Below, piece after piece: positions 1-17,200 of a DNA stretch of 64,000 bases (the stretch's first letter is position 1; each line of letters begins with the position of its first letter). The DNA is taken from assembly GCF_009914755.1 (NCBI RefSeq), contig NC_060927.1; one strand, 5' to 3'. A program made the position numbers and the translations under genes. Below the pieces are notes generated by a model, which saw only the letters and a program-made list of their open reading frames with translations, was not told the DNA's origin and ran no database searches. The DNA comes from the human T2T-CHM13v2.0 reference genome, Homo sapiens.

Positions 1-1119
1 GTTTACAATTTAGGAGTCTGCTCGGAAACCTGGGCCATTCATTCCTGCTCACCACTTCCTGGGAGTAAACTCCTCTCCCTCCCTGTGCAGGGGAGGGGAC
101 CCAGGGTGGAGGGGCATTACCCAAACTGTCTAGTGTCACATGACTCTTGTCTCTTCACCTTGACTGTGAGACTCCTGAGGTCGTGGGGTAGGTAGGGGGC
201 AAGGAGAGCCAGGCCCAGCCAGCCTTGGCTCTTATGTCCTGGCTTGCTGCCTGGGAGCCTTCTGATCTGTCCTTTCCAATCAAGAAACAGATGCCACATG
301 CAAGTCTAGTTCTCACCTCCTCTTGAAAGGATGAAGATCCACCCACCTGGGCCTCATTCCCTCTGAGAGCCAGAAGCTGCTCGCCCTCTCTAGAAGGGGC
401 CATGCCACACTCCTCACCAGCCCCTGATGTTCCACGCCTGTTCCACATCCCTCATCCACACTCCCCTTCTGACCAGCTCCCAGTACAAGGGATCTGGGGG
501 CCAAGAAAAGCTGTTTTCTACAGTGCAAAGGGCAAGGTATTTAGAGTCTGACGGGCCTGGGGTCCTGCTTCTCTTCACCCCGATCCCTGGCCCTGCAAGG
601 TCTCAAAGACTGCATGAAATAGTGCCTAGCAGAAGCTCCAGAAAACTCTGCTCCTTCGCCTTACTTCTCAGGGCATCTTTAATGAAGAGAGGCATCTTCT
701 TACAGTTCCCTGGGTGTCTTTCCGTCAATGTGAGCAACTGATCAGAGGAAGACAACCCCCATCTATGATGTACATATATGCGGGAAGATTTTTTCTTAGA
801 GGTCCAGAGCAGGATTTTGAGCAAATGAAAACTCTATGGTTTCCTGAAAATTAATCTGTCTTCCTAACATCCAGGGCATTAGGTGAGGATGGTGGATATG
901 AAAATCCACACCAGCGAAGCACATCGGCTGCAAGACAGGAGTCCTCTAGTCCAACCCTTGGATGCTGCGTCCCCATCAGATGGGGGCTTGAGACCCTTCC
1001 CGCATACCCCAGGGATGAGGAGCTCATCGCCCAGCACAGCCTATTCCTCTGTTCAACAGCTCTGACTGTGAGAACCTTCTTCTGCACACTGAGCTGAAAC
1101 AGGGTGCATATGGAGTACT

Positions 1120-1336
1120 GCTGGCCCCAGTTCCACTGTCCGGGGGCAGAGCCAGCAGGTTGGCTTAGCAGTGTGCTCAGTGAGGGGAGCCTGGGCTCCA
1201 ATTCCACCTTCTCGGGGAAGAGCCCAGCAGGCCGGCTTTGCAGTATGCTCGGTGAGGGGAGCCTGGGCCCAAATTCCTGCCTTCCAGAGTCAGAGCCCAG
1301 CAGGCCAGCTTTACAGTGTGCTCAGTGAGGGGAGCA
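1120..1336. repeat. Diverged tandem repeat, ~72-73 bp x ~3
   Basis: Core (g/a)cagt(g/a)tgctc(a/g)gtgaggggagc recurs at 1168, 1240 and 1313. Confidence 0.85.
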
Positions 1337-3717
1337 TGGAGTCCCTATAATAGTGTGACCCAGTAACCAGAAACGCAAGACTGCAGACCACTAGGCAGGC
1401 CACTCCCTTAACACAAATACATGCCAACACCACAAGAGTCCTGAATAGCTACCCTGGGGCTTCCACCCAGCTCAGCTCCAAGCATGGCTTTTCTCTTCTG
1501 TAAAATGGGGATGAAAATACCAACGCATGGGGTTGGTGGGAAGATCAAATTGAGAAAGCACCCCCATGACATGTCCAGTGTTCACAACGGTCCGCTTATG
1601 GACAAGGGGATGGAGGTGGGGGAGGCCCTGCTAAGGGGCTCTTAGCAAGGAAAACGGTGGGAGAGAATCATGCCTGCAGACACTTCAGGGGCTGCACGTG
1701 GAGCTCTGTTTTTCATCATCTTTGCTCCCCACAGTCTCTCCTGGAAGTCCACCACGTTCAAATGTGGAAGAAGAGTTGAATGTGTGGTAATTTCAAGGGC
1801 AGAAAGTGTCCTTAGGCTTCTGTAAGTTACCTGCTCGGGCAGGTGCACACACAGGACCGAGTGCAGGATTTGCAGGGCTCCGTGCAGATGAGAACACAGG
1901 GACCCTCGTTCATGCATGGGCCTGCCAGCTGCTGGCCACTGGCTTTCTCTCCCGCCAGCTGCTGGCAACATGGCCAGACCCAGCTGCGTGGGCCCTGGGG
2001 ATGTCAAGGCAGGTGTCTGCCTTTCCAGGGCCTGCTGCAGGTGGGCATCCCTAAGGGTGGCAAGGGGGAAGGGAAAGCTCTCAATAAATCTGTGCCCAAA
2101 GTTTTGCTTTTTCCACTCTAAAAGAAGCTATCAGTACCTACTATGTGCAACGGAGCCCTTGACCTTGAAGCCTCACAGCCAAGTTTAGATATTAACCAGG
2201 AAAGCCAGGGATCCAGTCTCCAGAGGATCTACCTCCCCTGTCCTGCAGGACAGCTGAAGGAAAATGTTAGGCAATTCAACCTAGCAAACATTTACCCAAT
2301 GCCGGCTGGCCCCAAAGTCCAGTGTCAGGCACAGAAAAGTCCAGAAGAATGAACTGATTTCAGTTATGTCTTCCTAGTGCTGACCTTGACAAGCCACAGT
2401 AGAAAATGTCTTGTATCCCAGGGCAGGGGGCACTGCAGAACTGAGGGACATCGAAGGGAAGAACAAGTCCCACCTTGGGCAGCCAAGGAGGGCTCCCTGG
2501 AGGAGGGGACACCTGAGAGGCAATGCCAGAGGAAGCATGGCTTCTGAAAGCAGAGTTCAGGAGGGGAAGGTGCTCCAGGCAGAAGAGATGGGATAAGGAA
2601 AGGTGAGGAGGGGGCATCTTTGGATACCCTGAGCTAGTCCAGTTCTGCTGATGCAAGAGGCACGGGTGGGCCAGGAAATAGCTGTGAAAACCTCTGCTCA
2701 AAGTTTTGCTTTTTCCACGCAAAAAGAAGCTATTAGTACCTACTATGTGCAACAGACAGAGCCCTGTCTGGAGGCGGGCACTCTGCAGGTGGCTTCTGGC
2801 CAAAAGGGCAGATCCCAGCCATGTGGGGAGGGCCCCCAATGCCCAGGAAAATGCAGCAGTAGGAGACAGGCAGTGCATCCAGCGGGAAACAGCTCAGGCG
2901 ACAGAGTCAGACATCCTGGATCCCAGGCCCTGCTCAGCCACCCATGAGCTGTGTGACCATGGGCAAGTTACTGAAGCTCTCTGAGCCTCAGCTTCCTCAT
3001 CTATATAGTGGGCATGAGACCATTTATAAGCACAATAAGACATTGTACTTACTAAGGGGACAACCTACTGCCTGGCATCCATGGGCAGCCAGGGTGCCAC
3101 TGTTCGTTGAGCAATTCTCTTTCTTGACATTCATCAATACAGATAAGGCACATCATTTCTGGGACTGCCCTCAAAGGTTCTAAGGATCAAGTTCATCTTC
3201 ACAGAGGAGACTCTGATCAGAAAAGAGGTCACAGGCTCAGAAAAAAAGGCAAAAGAAATGATGAAGGTACTCATCAAAGTATTTCGGGGCGAGGAGGACC
3301 AAGTAGAAAGCATGATGCCCTCACAGTGGGCGAGGAGGGAAGTTATCCATTTCCTTGCTGCAAAGGTGGGGCCTTGACATGGGCTACTGGTGAATGACCC
3401 AGTCTGTGGAGACCAGGTGACGTCCTACTCTGGAACTGGCTGCAGGGGCCATCAACCCTCCAGGAGAGGGGGGAGTGTGAGAGGAAACCATCCAGGGCTG
3501 CTGGGCACCATCCTGGCATAACAGTGGCCTGGGAAGGCTGAGGCAGGCACCTCCCCAATCCCGACATCCCCACCACCTACCTGGGGAGAATGGATACACA
3601 TTCAAGAAAAAGTGACTTAAAGGGGGTTTAACTAGAACCACAAGGATGAGCAATAGCAAGTGCTGGCCAGGACGTGGAGATCATGGCACCTTCACACACT
3701 GCACCCAGGAATCTGAA

Positions 3718-3977
3718 ACAGGCTGGAGTGCAATGGTGCCATCTCGGCTCACTGCAGCCTCCGCCTCCTGGGCTCAAGCGATTCTCTTGCCTCAGCCTCC
3801 TGAGTAACTGGGACTACAGGTGTGCGCCACCACGCCTGGCTTATTTTTATATTTTTAGTAGAGACAGGGTTTCACCATGTTGGCCAAGCTGGTCTCGAAT
3901 TCCTGACCTCGAGTGATCTGCCCGCCTCGGCCTCCCAAAGTGCTGGAATTGCAGGCATGAGCCACTGCGCCCAGCCT
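3718..3977 (-). mobile_element. AluS element lacking its poly(A) end
   Basis: Reverse-complement Alu body (caggctggagtgcaatgg...gagccactgcgcccagcc), abutting an L1 fragment at ~3978-4205. Confidence 0.9.
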
Positions 3978-4458
3978 GTATTTCCTTCTTTTTGTGGCTA
4001 AATAATATTCCATTGCAGGGGTCGACCGTGTTTTGTTTTTCCACTCATCCGTTGATGGACTCTTGGGTTGTCTTCACACTTGGCGGTTATGAATAATGCT
4101 GTTATGAGCATTCACATGTGAACATGTGTTTTCTGGTCTCTTGGGCAGGAGTGGAATTGCCGGGGCACAGGATAACTCTGTGTTTAACTGTTTGGGAGCT
4201 GCCAGGTACTTCTTTCCCTATAGCAACACTGGTGCCTGGACAATGCCCAGTTTGTACAAAGTGCTCAGAGAAACACCCCCTGGCTTACTGAGTACTCACG
4301 CAAGACCGAACACTGTACATATTTCTCACTAAGTCCTTATGGTCCCCAGGACAAGCATCACTATCTCAATCTCACAGGTCAGAAGGCAGTGTCAGAGGTT
4401 AAGGGCCTCATCTGATGAATGGGTAAGCGGGGAAGAAAGGGTCTGCTAGTGCTCTAAA

Positions 4459-4656
4459 CAGTGGTTTGGCCCCCCAGGGACATTTGGCCATGTCTGGGCC
4501 ATTTTTGATTGTCATGGCTTGGGAGACACTACTAACATCTAGTACGTAGAGGCCTGGGATGCTGCTGAACATCCTATAATGCACTGACAGCCCTCATCAC
4601 AAAGAATTACTCAACCCCAAATGTCAATCAATACTATCTAGGCTAAGAAATCCTGA
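4459..4656. mobile_element. MER20-like hAT DNA transposon fossil
   Basis: cagtggtt...cccagggacatttgg...ggatgctgctgaacatcctataatgcac...aagaaatcctg resembles the recalled MER20 consensus. Confidence 0.75.
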
Positions 4657-4808
4657 TCCAGAAATTTTTTTTCAAAAACAGGAGCTAGAGTTGTCAGAAA
4701 AGGTTTCAAAGACAAAGTGAGCCTTGGTTTGGACTTGGTTTGGGGGCAGATCATCTGAAAGGCATCTTTTGCCTGACTTTTATTTTCTCTGACAAGAATT
4801 TTAACCTA

Positions 4809-5139
<331 letters not shown>

Positions 5140-5675
5140 AAAGTTTCCCTTACTTCCTTTAAGAGATCACCTAGAAGAGTTCCAGCCTGGAAACAAGCCC
5201 ATATTTGACTCTGGCAAGGTGAAGATGTGAGGGCAGTGCCCTGGGCCGGCAGCATAAATGTGACCTGACCCACAAACATGCTCTGAGGTCTGGAACAGGA
5301 AGCCACCACTGGCCCTAAGAGCCAGAGCAGGGAGCCTCTCCCTGCCTCCCATCGCTGCCAAGAATGCTAGCTTCCCCAAGATGTGCTGCACCAAGGACCA
5401 GCACTATGCAGGCAGGGTCTGGCTCCAGGGTCACAGAGCCACAGCTCTGAGCACACAGGCCCCACTGCAGGGGTTCCTGAGGGCCAGGAGTGACCATGAT
5501 TCGACACCACCGAGGGCTTGAGGCCCACCTCAGAGGTGGTTTCTGCCTCTTCAGCATCTCCCCCAGCACCAACTTCACCTGCCTGACCAGAGCTGCCCTC
5601 TAGGGACCTGCAGGGTTGGATGCCAGAGGAGTGGGGAATGCAGAGAGGCCAGAGTCATGGTGGGGGGATGATCTA

Positions 5676-5870
<195 letters not shown>

Positions 5871-6375
5871 TCAGCACCAAAGACAGTCCCCGCCCCTGGC
5901 TCCACTTCCAAGCCTTGCAGGCTTACACTCTGGCAAAGACCACGGCAACCACCAGCTTCACCCTCAGAAGCCAAGCAGCTGCCTCACACATGGCCCCACT
6001 GACAGTTAACAGGGACTACCAGAAAGAAAGGGCTGTGGGGGCCTTGTCACCACCCATTCTGGCTTTTCCAGCAGGGCACCAGCATTTAAAGCTGTGGGCA
6101 AAAAAAACTCCAGGAAAACTTAGTTTCGTTCAGGGTGTAAGCATTCCGTGAAGTGACAAGGGTTATAGTATGATGAGTTCCCATCCCAAAGACGAGAACC
6201 CTGTCCCTTCACTGAGATTAGGGATTACGCTGGTGGTTTTTGGTTTTCACATATGCTGGTGTTTTTATAAAAGACTATCAAGTATAGTACAGAAGGGGCT
6301 GGTGGGCACACCCAGAGATTTTTTTACTTGCTCCATAAATAAGGTATGTAAATGGCATTACCTGGGGAACCCTCA

Positions 6376-7681
<1,306 letters not shown>

Positions 7682-8075
7682 CTAAGTAGGGAAAAGCATG
7701 ATAGAAAATTATATTGTTGTTGTCAAACTATTTTACAACTAATATAATAAATTAGATATGGGGAAGGAAAAGGAGTGATCTCACAGATTAGGACAACTGT
7801 CATAGTAATGAGTTGCTACCCATTAAGAGTTATTTAGGTAACAAATAATAATTTAGAAATTTAGCAAGCCAGCCTCCAGAAAAGGGAACACGGTACGAAG
7901 TGCTGGCACAAGGCTTGGGATGGGTGTTGCCTGCTGGGTGCCTGTCTCCTGCCTGGGTGTCCTGCCACTCAACAAGAGAAAGCCCTGCCATGGGCTCAGG
8001 TAGCCTCTAGGACCCTGGGTCTTAGTGGGCGTTTCCCTGTCTCTGGCTCCCACCGGGGATCACACACAGCACTCA

Positions 8076-8462
<387 letters not shown>

Positions 8463-9315
8463 TCAAACAGGAGACCTCACACCTGGAAATGACCTCAAGG
8501 CTCAACAGATGGCCACCGTCCAAGACTCCTGCAGATGTGGGAGTCGTTCAGTACCAGCAGGAAAGCTGCTCAAGGGATCCCATGAGGGACACGTTGCACA
8601 GGGAGGGGGCACAGGCATCTCGACCGACCTCTAGCCCAGGCCTGGCGCGCAGCAGGCTCCAGGCATCAGCTTCCAACCCCAACGGGTTCCACTAACCCTG
8701 GGGATCACTACCTGTAATGATAAACACAACCATGAGCTCCCAGTGCCTGCGGAGCGGATATTATAGCCACAGTGGGGAGACAGACAGATAAACACATCCA
8801 CAAATGAGCCCAGACGTCTGTGAGCCAATTTCCCCAGGGAGGATAACAGGAGGAAGGATAACAGGAATGTGTGGGGAAAGCTATCTGCTGTCAGCGCCTC
8901 AGTTTCTCATCCATGGCCCAGGATAACTGCCCCAGGCCCAGGTGAGAAGGTGACGAGAGGCAGAGGACAGCAGACTCCACACTGAGCGTGCCCAGCTAGC
9001 ATGTGCTGTCTACAGACAGGCTCTCAGGCCTAGTGTACAGGGCCTCCAAAAGAATGCCACCAGGATCTGGGGTGAAGCAGGGCCATGGAAAGCGGCTGGC
9101 CATGCTGCCCTCAGAGAGTTTATAGTGTGACCAAGGCCCCAGGAGGGGCCACTAAGCCGTGCCTGGCGCTTGTCTCTCGGGGCCGCACCCGGCACAGCAC
9201 CCGACACAGAGCAGACACTCCGGGGTCTCTGCATCCTCCCTAACTTTGCCTAAACTCACTGGAACATCCACAGCCACGAGTATTCTGAAGACTTGTCAGA
9301 AACTGCCTGGTGTCA

Positions 9316-9818
<503 letters not shown>

Positions 9819-10274
9819 TCACGGAAAATGAGCTGCATCCATCAGTGAAGGAAAGCAATCTACACCCCGGAGGAAGTGTGTCTGTGGCCCCTTGTGGATT
9901 TCTTCCAGGAAAATAGCATGGCACAGAGTCGAGGAACACAGCAAAGCAGGCACAAGCCCACACAGGAGACAAGAAGCAGGTGCCTATGAACCCGGCCCAT
10001 ACCCACTGGAAACACTCCGTCCAACCATCCAAATGCTGACAGCACTAGTGCCCTACGGTGTTTTTCGAGGGGCTTTAAACTTCCCATACACAAGCACACA
10101 CAAGAGTGTGGAAACAAGGACAAATTAGAAAATTCACACAGGGCAGTAGAGGCTAAGGAAACTCAACAAATCCTGGGTCCTAGATTCAATCTGGGGGCAG
10201 AAAAAGGAGCCTGTACTTACTACTGAATTTTGCCATAAACCTAAAACTGCTTTTAAAAAAAAAAAGTCTACTCT

Positions 10275-10610
10275 GCCAGGTGCAGTGGCTCATGCCTCTA
10301 ATCCTAACACTTTGGGAGGCTGAGGTGGGAGGATCATTTGAGCCCAAAAGTTCAAGACCAGGCTGGGCAACAAAGTGAGACGCCATCTCTACAAAAAAAA
10401 ATTTTTTTAATTAGCCAGTTATGGTGGTGTGCACCTGTGGTCCCAGCTACATGGGAGGCTGTGGGAGGGAGGATCCCTTGAGCCCAGGAGTTCAAGGCTG
10501 CAGTGAGTTGTGATTGTGTCAATGCACTCTGCCTGAGTGAGAGAATGAGGTCCCGTCTCAAGCAAACAAACAAGTAGAATAAATGAATAAATATAAAGAA
10601 TAAAGAAAAT
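10275..10610 (+). mobile_element. AluJ-like element
   Basis: Diverged Alu (tgagccca-type arms); flanking aaagtcta repeat. Confidence 0.85.
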
Positions 10611-11540
10611 AAAGTCTATGGGGGGAAAAGAGAATTCATCATTTCCCACTCCTGCCTTTAAAAACACTGTGGTATGTATCATTCGATGGCCCCTGGGAAC
10701 TGGGATCTGGGGTCCTGGTCTGGCCTGTAAATCCCACACCCTCTCCTAGCCTCTGTCTCCTCAACAAAATAGAGATAACCACTCTTTTCTTGCTTCATAA
10801 CAGCAGTGTATTAATCTCAGACACAGGCCCAATAAATGCAAACAGAGCTCTTCCTATCCAAGTAAAAGAAGCCTGAAATTCTCCTTGCAAAACTCCCCAA
10901 GCTCTTCCCTGGGCTGCCACACTGAGATGCCTGGACAGCCTGCAGAACCCGACTGCAGTGACCACACCTTTCATGTCCATGTAGCAGGGCTACATTAAGG
11001 ACTCATACAAGCCTGAGATAGCCCTGCACAACAGACGTGTAACACAGGCCACGTTTTCATTTTCCGTCAAAAAAAAAGTAACAGGTGAGATTAATTTTTA
11101 ATAAACCTTGTTTTTTAAAGCAGTTTGAGGTGCACAGCAAAACTGAATAGAAAGTATAGATTTCCCATACATGCCCTGCCCCATGCATACACAACACTTC
11201 CCTCAACATCCCCACCAGAGTGGTGAATTGGTTACAATGGAGGAGGCTGTGGTGACCTCACAATCACTCAGAACACTCGCAGCTGACATGAGGGTGCACA
11301 GTCGGCATCCCATGTCCTGTAAGTTTGGACAGATGGATAACAGCCCACACCTGCCATGGCAGTATCCTTCGGAACAGCACCACTGCCCTAAAAGTCCCCT
11401 GCACTCTGCCTATTCCTCCATTTTTAAATCCCTATTAAAAAGTCATATTTTTAAGAAAATACGTGATTTACCCCAACATATCCTAAATATCATGCTTCTG
11501 ACATGTAGTACTGGCTGCATTTTCAGAGCTCACAGTCACA

Positions 11541-11910
11541 CGTCTTAGTCTTTTGGGGCTGCCATGACAAAACATCACAAACAGGGTTTTTCCAACAACA
11601 GAAATGTATTGCTCACAGTTCTGGAGGCTGGCAGTCCAAGATCAGCTGGCATACTAGGTGTCTAGTGAGGGCCCACTTTCTGGGTCATGCCTGCTGTCTT
11701 CCCACTGTTGTCACATGGCAGAAGGGGCGAGGGAGCTCTCTGGGGCCTTTTGTATAAGGGCACTAATCCCAACCATGAGGGCCCCACCCTCATGACCCCA
11801 TCACCTCCCAAAGGTGCTACCTCAAATGCCATCGCCTTGGGGATCCTCAAATGCCATCGCCTTGGGGATGAGGTGTCAACACATGAGTCTGAGGGGACAC
11901 AGACATTCGT
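11541..11910 (-). mobile_element. MLT1A-like MaLR LTR
   Basis: tcttagtc...ctcacagttctggaggctgg...ggcactaatccc...catgagggccccaccctcatgacc, typical MLT1 motifs. Confidence 0.8.
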
Positions 11911-13419
11911 TCACGTGGTGAGTGGTTCCAATGCTGGCCTGGCTCTGAGGCCTGGCCTCCTGGTGGAGGGCCGTGCAGGCGCAGGGCTCTCATGTCCTGG
12001 GGTCTCTGTGGACACCTCTGACCCCTGCCCAGGCTCTACTTGGGAGGCAGCGGGTGCTAAATGCTCTTGTGACCTTCTTAAGAAAGTCCCTCCTCTCAGC
12101 ACTGACGACAGAGCCTGGGGGAGAGAGAAAGCAGCCTGGCCTGGCCTGGGAAGGCTTGCCTCAGCCATCTAAGGTGGCTCCCACCCTTCAGGCCCCAGGG
12201 CCTGGGGCTTGATCCCTGCATCCCCTCTTCAGCTGGCTGAGCTCTGTGCAACAGGAGTAAGATTCCATCCACCCAGGGCTTCCTCACAAGCAGACCGGGC
12301 CACGTCTGGCCTCTGCAGATCCCCGCTCCCCTGGGGCCTGCTCTCTCTGGGTCAGGACCTGCATGGGAATCAGGGGCAGCCCATCCCAACACCTCCTGGA
12401 GGCTGCAGGCAGCTCACGCTGGTTTTCCTGTGACCAGTGTGAGTGTTCCTTTCAGTTATCTGACTTCCTTCCCGGGCATTTTGAGCCCACCCATAGCTTT
12501 GGGCATGTCTTTAAGGGACACAAAAGAACTGCAACAGCCACCAATTCCGTCCTCATCTGTAAGGCAGGCCCCCCACCCACCCTGCCTTCCTCACAGGGGT
12601 GTGTAATGCTGGATGAAAAAGCACAACAGAAAGTGTCTGCCAGAGAATTACAGAGGGAAAGGTTTGCACCAAACTCAAAATAGAGAAGGTGGAAGTGGAA
12701 ATGGTGGGGGTAGTAAGGAGGAATTCACTTTTATTCAGAAGGCTTTATTTCTTTAAAAAAAGAATGGAAACCAATATAGGTTGTTACACAATGGCTAATT
12801 CTGATGGTAGGAATATGGGTATTCATTACATTATTATTTCTTTTCTGTGTTATTCTAACTTCTAAATGAAAATATCTTCCCCCTAATGTTAGTTGTAACT
12901 TAAAGAACTACTGCTATGTCCTCATCTTACAGATCAGTAAACTGAGGCTTAGGAAAACGGGACTGGTTTAAGGCCAAAGAGGCCAGGCTAGGACACAGGG
13001 GTTCTAAGCCCAAAAGCAGGATACTTTCTGCTATCAGGGCCACGCAGAAGCGCCCTCCCTCCGAAGGGCTGTCTCTGCCCCTCACAGCTTTCCAGGATGG
13101 ACCTTAGAAAAACCCTATAGGTGTCCCTGGAGATTCAGGCTGGCTCTTTCCCAGGCTGGGAATGAAAGAGCTGGCCAGTCATGTGCAAGTCGGGAATGTT
13201 TCTGTTTCCAGGATCTGGGGAGAGAAGAATTACATCTACATGGAGGGAGGGTGGGTAATTCTTCACAGACATGGTAGTTGATCAAACCAACCCAGGCAAA
13301 GAGAGACAGGGAGTGCAGGAGGAGATAAGAGAGGTGAGGGCAGGCAGGAACAGTTCGTTTCTGGAGACCACTGAGATATCCAAGGACTGTTTTTTATTAA
13401 AATAAAAGTGTGCTGGTGG

Positions 13420-13983
13420 AGTGTGAGGATTAACTTTACATGTTAACTTGACTGAGCCACAGTGACCAGATATTTGGTCAAACACTAATCTGGCCATTTC
13501 TCTGAGGGTGTTTTTGGATGAGATTAGCATTTGAATCTGTGGCCTGGGTAAAGTAGATGCCACCTAATGTGGGTGGGCCTCATCCAATCAGGTAACGGCC
13601 TGAACAGAACAAAAGCCTGAGCAAGGAGAATTCCCGCTCTGGGCCTCGCAGTCATTGAGTGGGGATGTCAGCATCCCTGCCTTCAGACTCGAGCTGAAAC
13701 ATAGGCTCTTCTGGGTCTTGAGCCTGCTGGCCTTCAGACTAAAACTAAACCATCAGCTCTCCTGAGATTCCAGCTGAATGCAGCTCTTAGGACTTGTCAG
13801 CCTCTATAATCATATAAGCTAATCCCTTATACTAAACCTCTCATATACATATGAGGGGGTGTGTGTATAAGATATATATATATAGGCTATATATATAGCC
13901 TATTGAATATATGCATATGAGCTATATATATATGACATATATGTCCTATTGGTTCTGTTTCTTCAGAAAACCCTGACTAATCA
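13420..13983 (+). mobile_element. MLT2 (ERVL) LTR with internal (TA)-rich tract
   Basis: ttaacttgactgagcc...gatgagattagcatttgaatc...ccctgactaat. Confidence 0.8.
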
Positions 13984-16489
13984 GGGAGGGTATAAGAAAT
14001 GAGAAGGGCAACTGAGGAAAGGAAAGGGCACCATGTATCAGGCCCAGAGCTAAACACTTCTATTTATCACTGAATCCTCCACCAGCCCTGTATGGGAAAA
14101 CCAAACTGAGGCTCAGAGTGGTTAAGTAATTTGCCCAAAGCCACACAGCTGTCAGCAGCAGGGCCAACTATCGCAGCTAGGCCTGGGTGACTCCAGATCA
14201 GATACCTCTCCCATTCCAGGAGCATTTTCCTCAGGATATGACACACCCACCAGTTTAGATGATGCACAGATGAGCTATTTTTTAACAGACTCATTATGCA
14301 TTTTAACTATTACATATTCATTTAAGTGTTTTAGGAAAAACAAATGTACCAAACTCATGAGCTCATAAATGTTAATACGAAAGATAATGTCAATGTTTTT
14401 TAAAAAGTGAGTCATTTTGAAGGAAATGTTCAGTAAATTCTAGTATAGGTAGTACATAAAAGCAGCAGCATTTTAATGGTGGCAATGAAGTGACTGCAGT
14501 CCCCACTACCCACTACTGAGGCACACCTCGGGGAAGTGTGGGTCCAGGGAAGAGGGGAACCGAGCCCTGCAACGCCAGCCATGCCTTCCCTCTGGTACAG
14601 AGTCTGATATAAGCTGCCATTCTCCAATTTCTGGGAGCACAGGGGCAGGGCAATGTCCTACACTGATATCAGGAACTCTAAACACCAGACGGGCCTCTCC
14701 CTGGTTGGCTGGGACCCACCGTGAGGAACAGAGGAACCACTGGAAGAGGCACGTGGCTACAACAGCTAACACAGTCCCTGACCAGTACAGGCTCTGGGCC
14801 ATAGGTGGCCCATGTAGCCACTCAGCCCATACTCAAAACCGGGTCTGGAGACACAGCACTCAAGGACACACAGGGGCTCACTAAGCAGAAAAGGCAGGGT
14901 CTGCACATAGGGCTCACTGGCTGAGATGCCAACACTTTCATCTGCCACCCACCAAAGCCAGGTCAGCCAGCTCATAGCCCAGTTCACTTGGATTCCACAT
15001 CAAGTTTGGCCAAAGAAACAGAGTCCGGCGACTTTTCTGAGGAAAAGCCCTCCCCTGCCCATCCAGTCTAAATGAATAGCCACTCCTCTAAAAGGACACT
15101 TGGTCCTCTTACCTGCACACCTGTCCTTCTTCTCTGCACCTCAGCAGGTGGGCGGCATGTCTGCCCTACCCTCCCACTCACCAACACCTCTGCCCCAACC
15201 CCCCCCACCCCCCACACGGCACACATGGCAGGTTTCATAGTCGGGAGTGGTACGTGTGGCTTTCCCAGGGACCCCTCATGTAGTGCAGCAAGTAGCCCTC
15301 GGGGATGGGGACGTGGCTCACTCGATTCTCTCATCTGTTGGTATCTGTGGAATGGGAGGTCGTAAGACAGACAGGTGCTGCCACTCACCAGCTGCGTGAT
15401 CTTGACCAAATGAGCTAACCTCCCTGGGCTGCCACATCCTCATCTGCACAATAGGAATGAAAATAGCACCTATACAAAGCACTGGGCTGGGATAATATAT
15501 ATCAAGCTCTTCTCACAGCTCTCAGATCTAGGAAAAAGGAGGGGGCTCCCAAATGAAGGAGTTGTGGTCCTGCAATGTTTGGGATGATTCTGACCACAAG
15601 AACTTTGCTTTTTAAAGAAAGGAGAAAAGCTGGGCGCAGTGGCTTGTGCCTATAGTTCCAATTATGCAGGAGGATGGCTTGAGCCCAGGAGTTCAAGGCA
15701 TTGTGATTACTCCTGCTTGAACCTGTCCTTCCTCTTCCCTGAAGCCTGACCCTAAAGCCCTAGGGTCAGGGCCCTCCTCACAGGCCTCCCAATGATACCA
15801 CTAAGGCATCCTTAAAGCCTGAATCAAAGATTCAGGCCCAAAACAGAGTTATTGGCCCAAGGTGGCACTGCTGGAAAGAGCCTGAACCACCTGCCATCAA
15901 ATCTAACCTCTTTTCCGAAGCCCCTGCCTCCCACTCCTCCCTCCCTCCCAGCTTCTCCACCTCTATTCCTCTGCTGATGCTGGTCCCTCCACCTCACATG
16001 ACCTCTTGACCCACAGGTATGCTGTCCAACCTTCTTAGCTCACCAAACATGGCAACTCTTCCATGGACTGTCCCTATCTGCAACACCCATGCCCCTCCTA
16101 TCAGCTCCCATGGCACCGCTGGTCCTCCTTGAGGTCTTTAAGGCATTCATCCACTTATTGAAACCATAAATACTGGGCTATTAGTGATATTTAAGGTAGT
16201 GTTCTAGGTGCCAAGGACACAACTAAGTACAGACTACACATTAACCTCTATCTTCACGGAGCTTTCACTTTAGTGGAAGGAGAACAAAAACAGACAAAAT
16301 GAGTGAATGAAGATGGGATCTTAGTAATGGCTAAGGACAGATAAAATGCTGGGAGGGCCAGGGCTGCCATCTTCCACGGACACTCAGAGGAGGCATCACT
16401 GAGGGGGCACTGTGCAAGCAGAGACTTTAAGGACAGGCAGGCATGGACTCTATCAGGTGTGGGTGGTGAATGTTCATCCATGGAGACAA

Positions 16490-17200
<711 letters not shown>

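Noticed and set aside
15629-15712. 7SL-like sequence
   Set aside because: A degenerate Alu monomer fragment, not an intact ncRNA gene.
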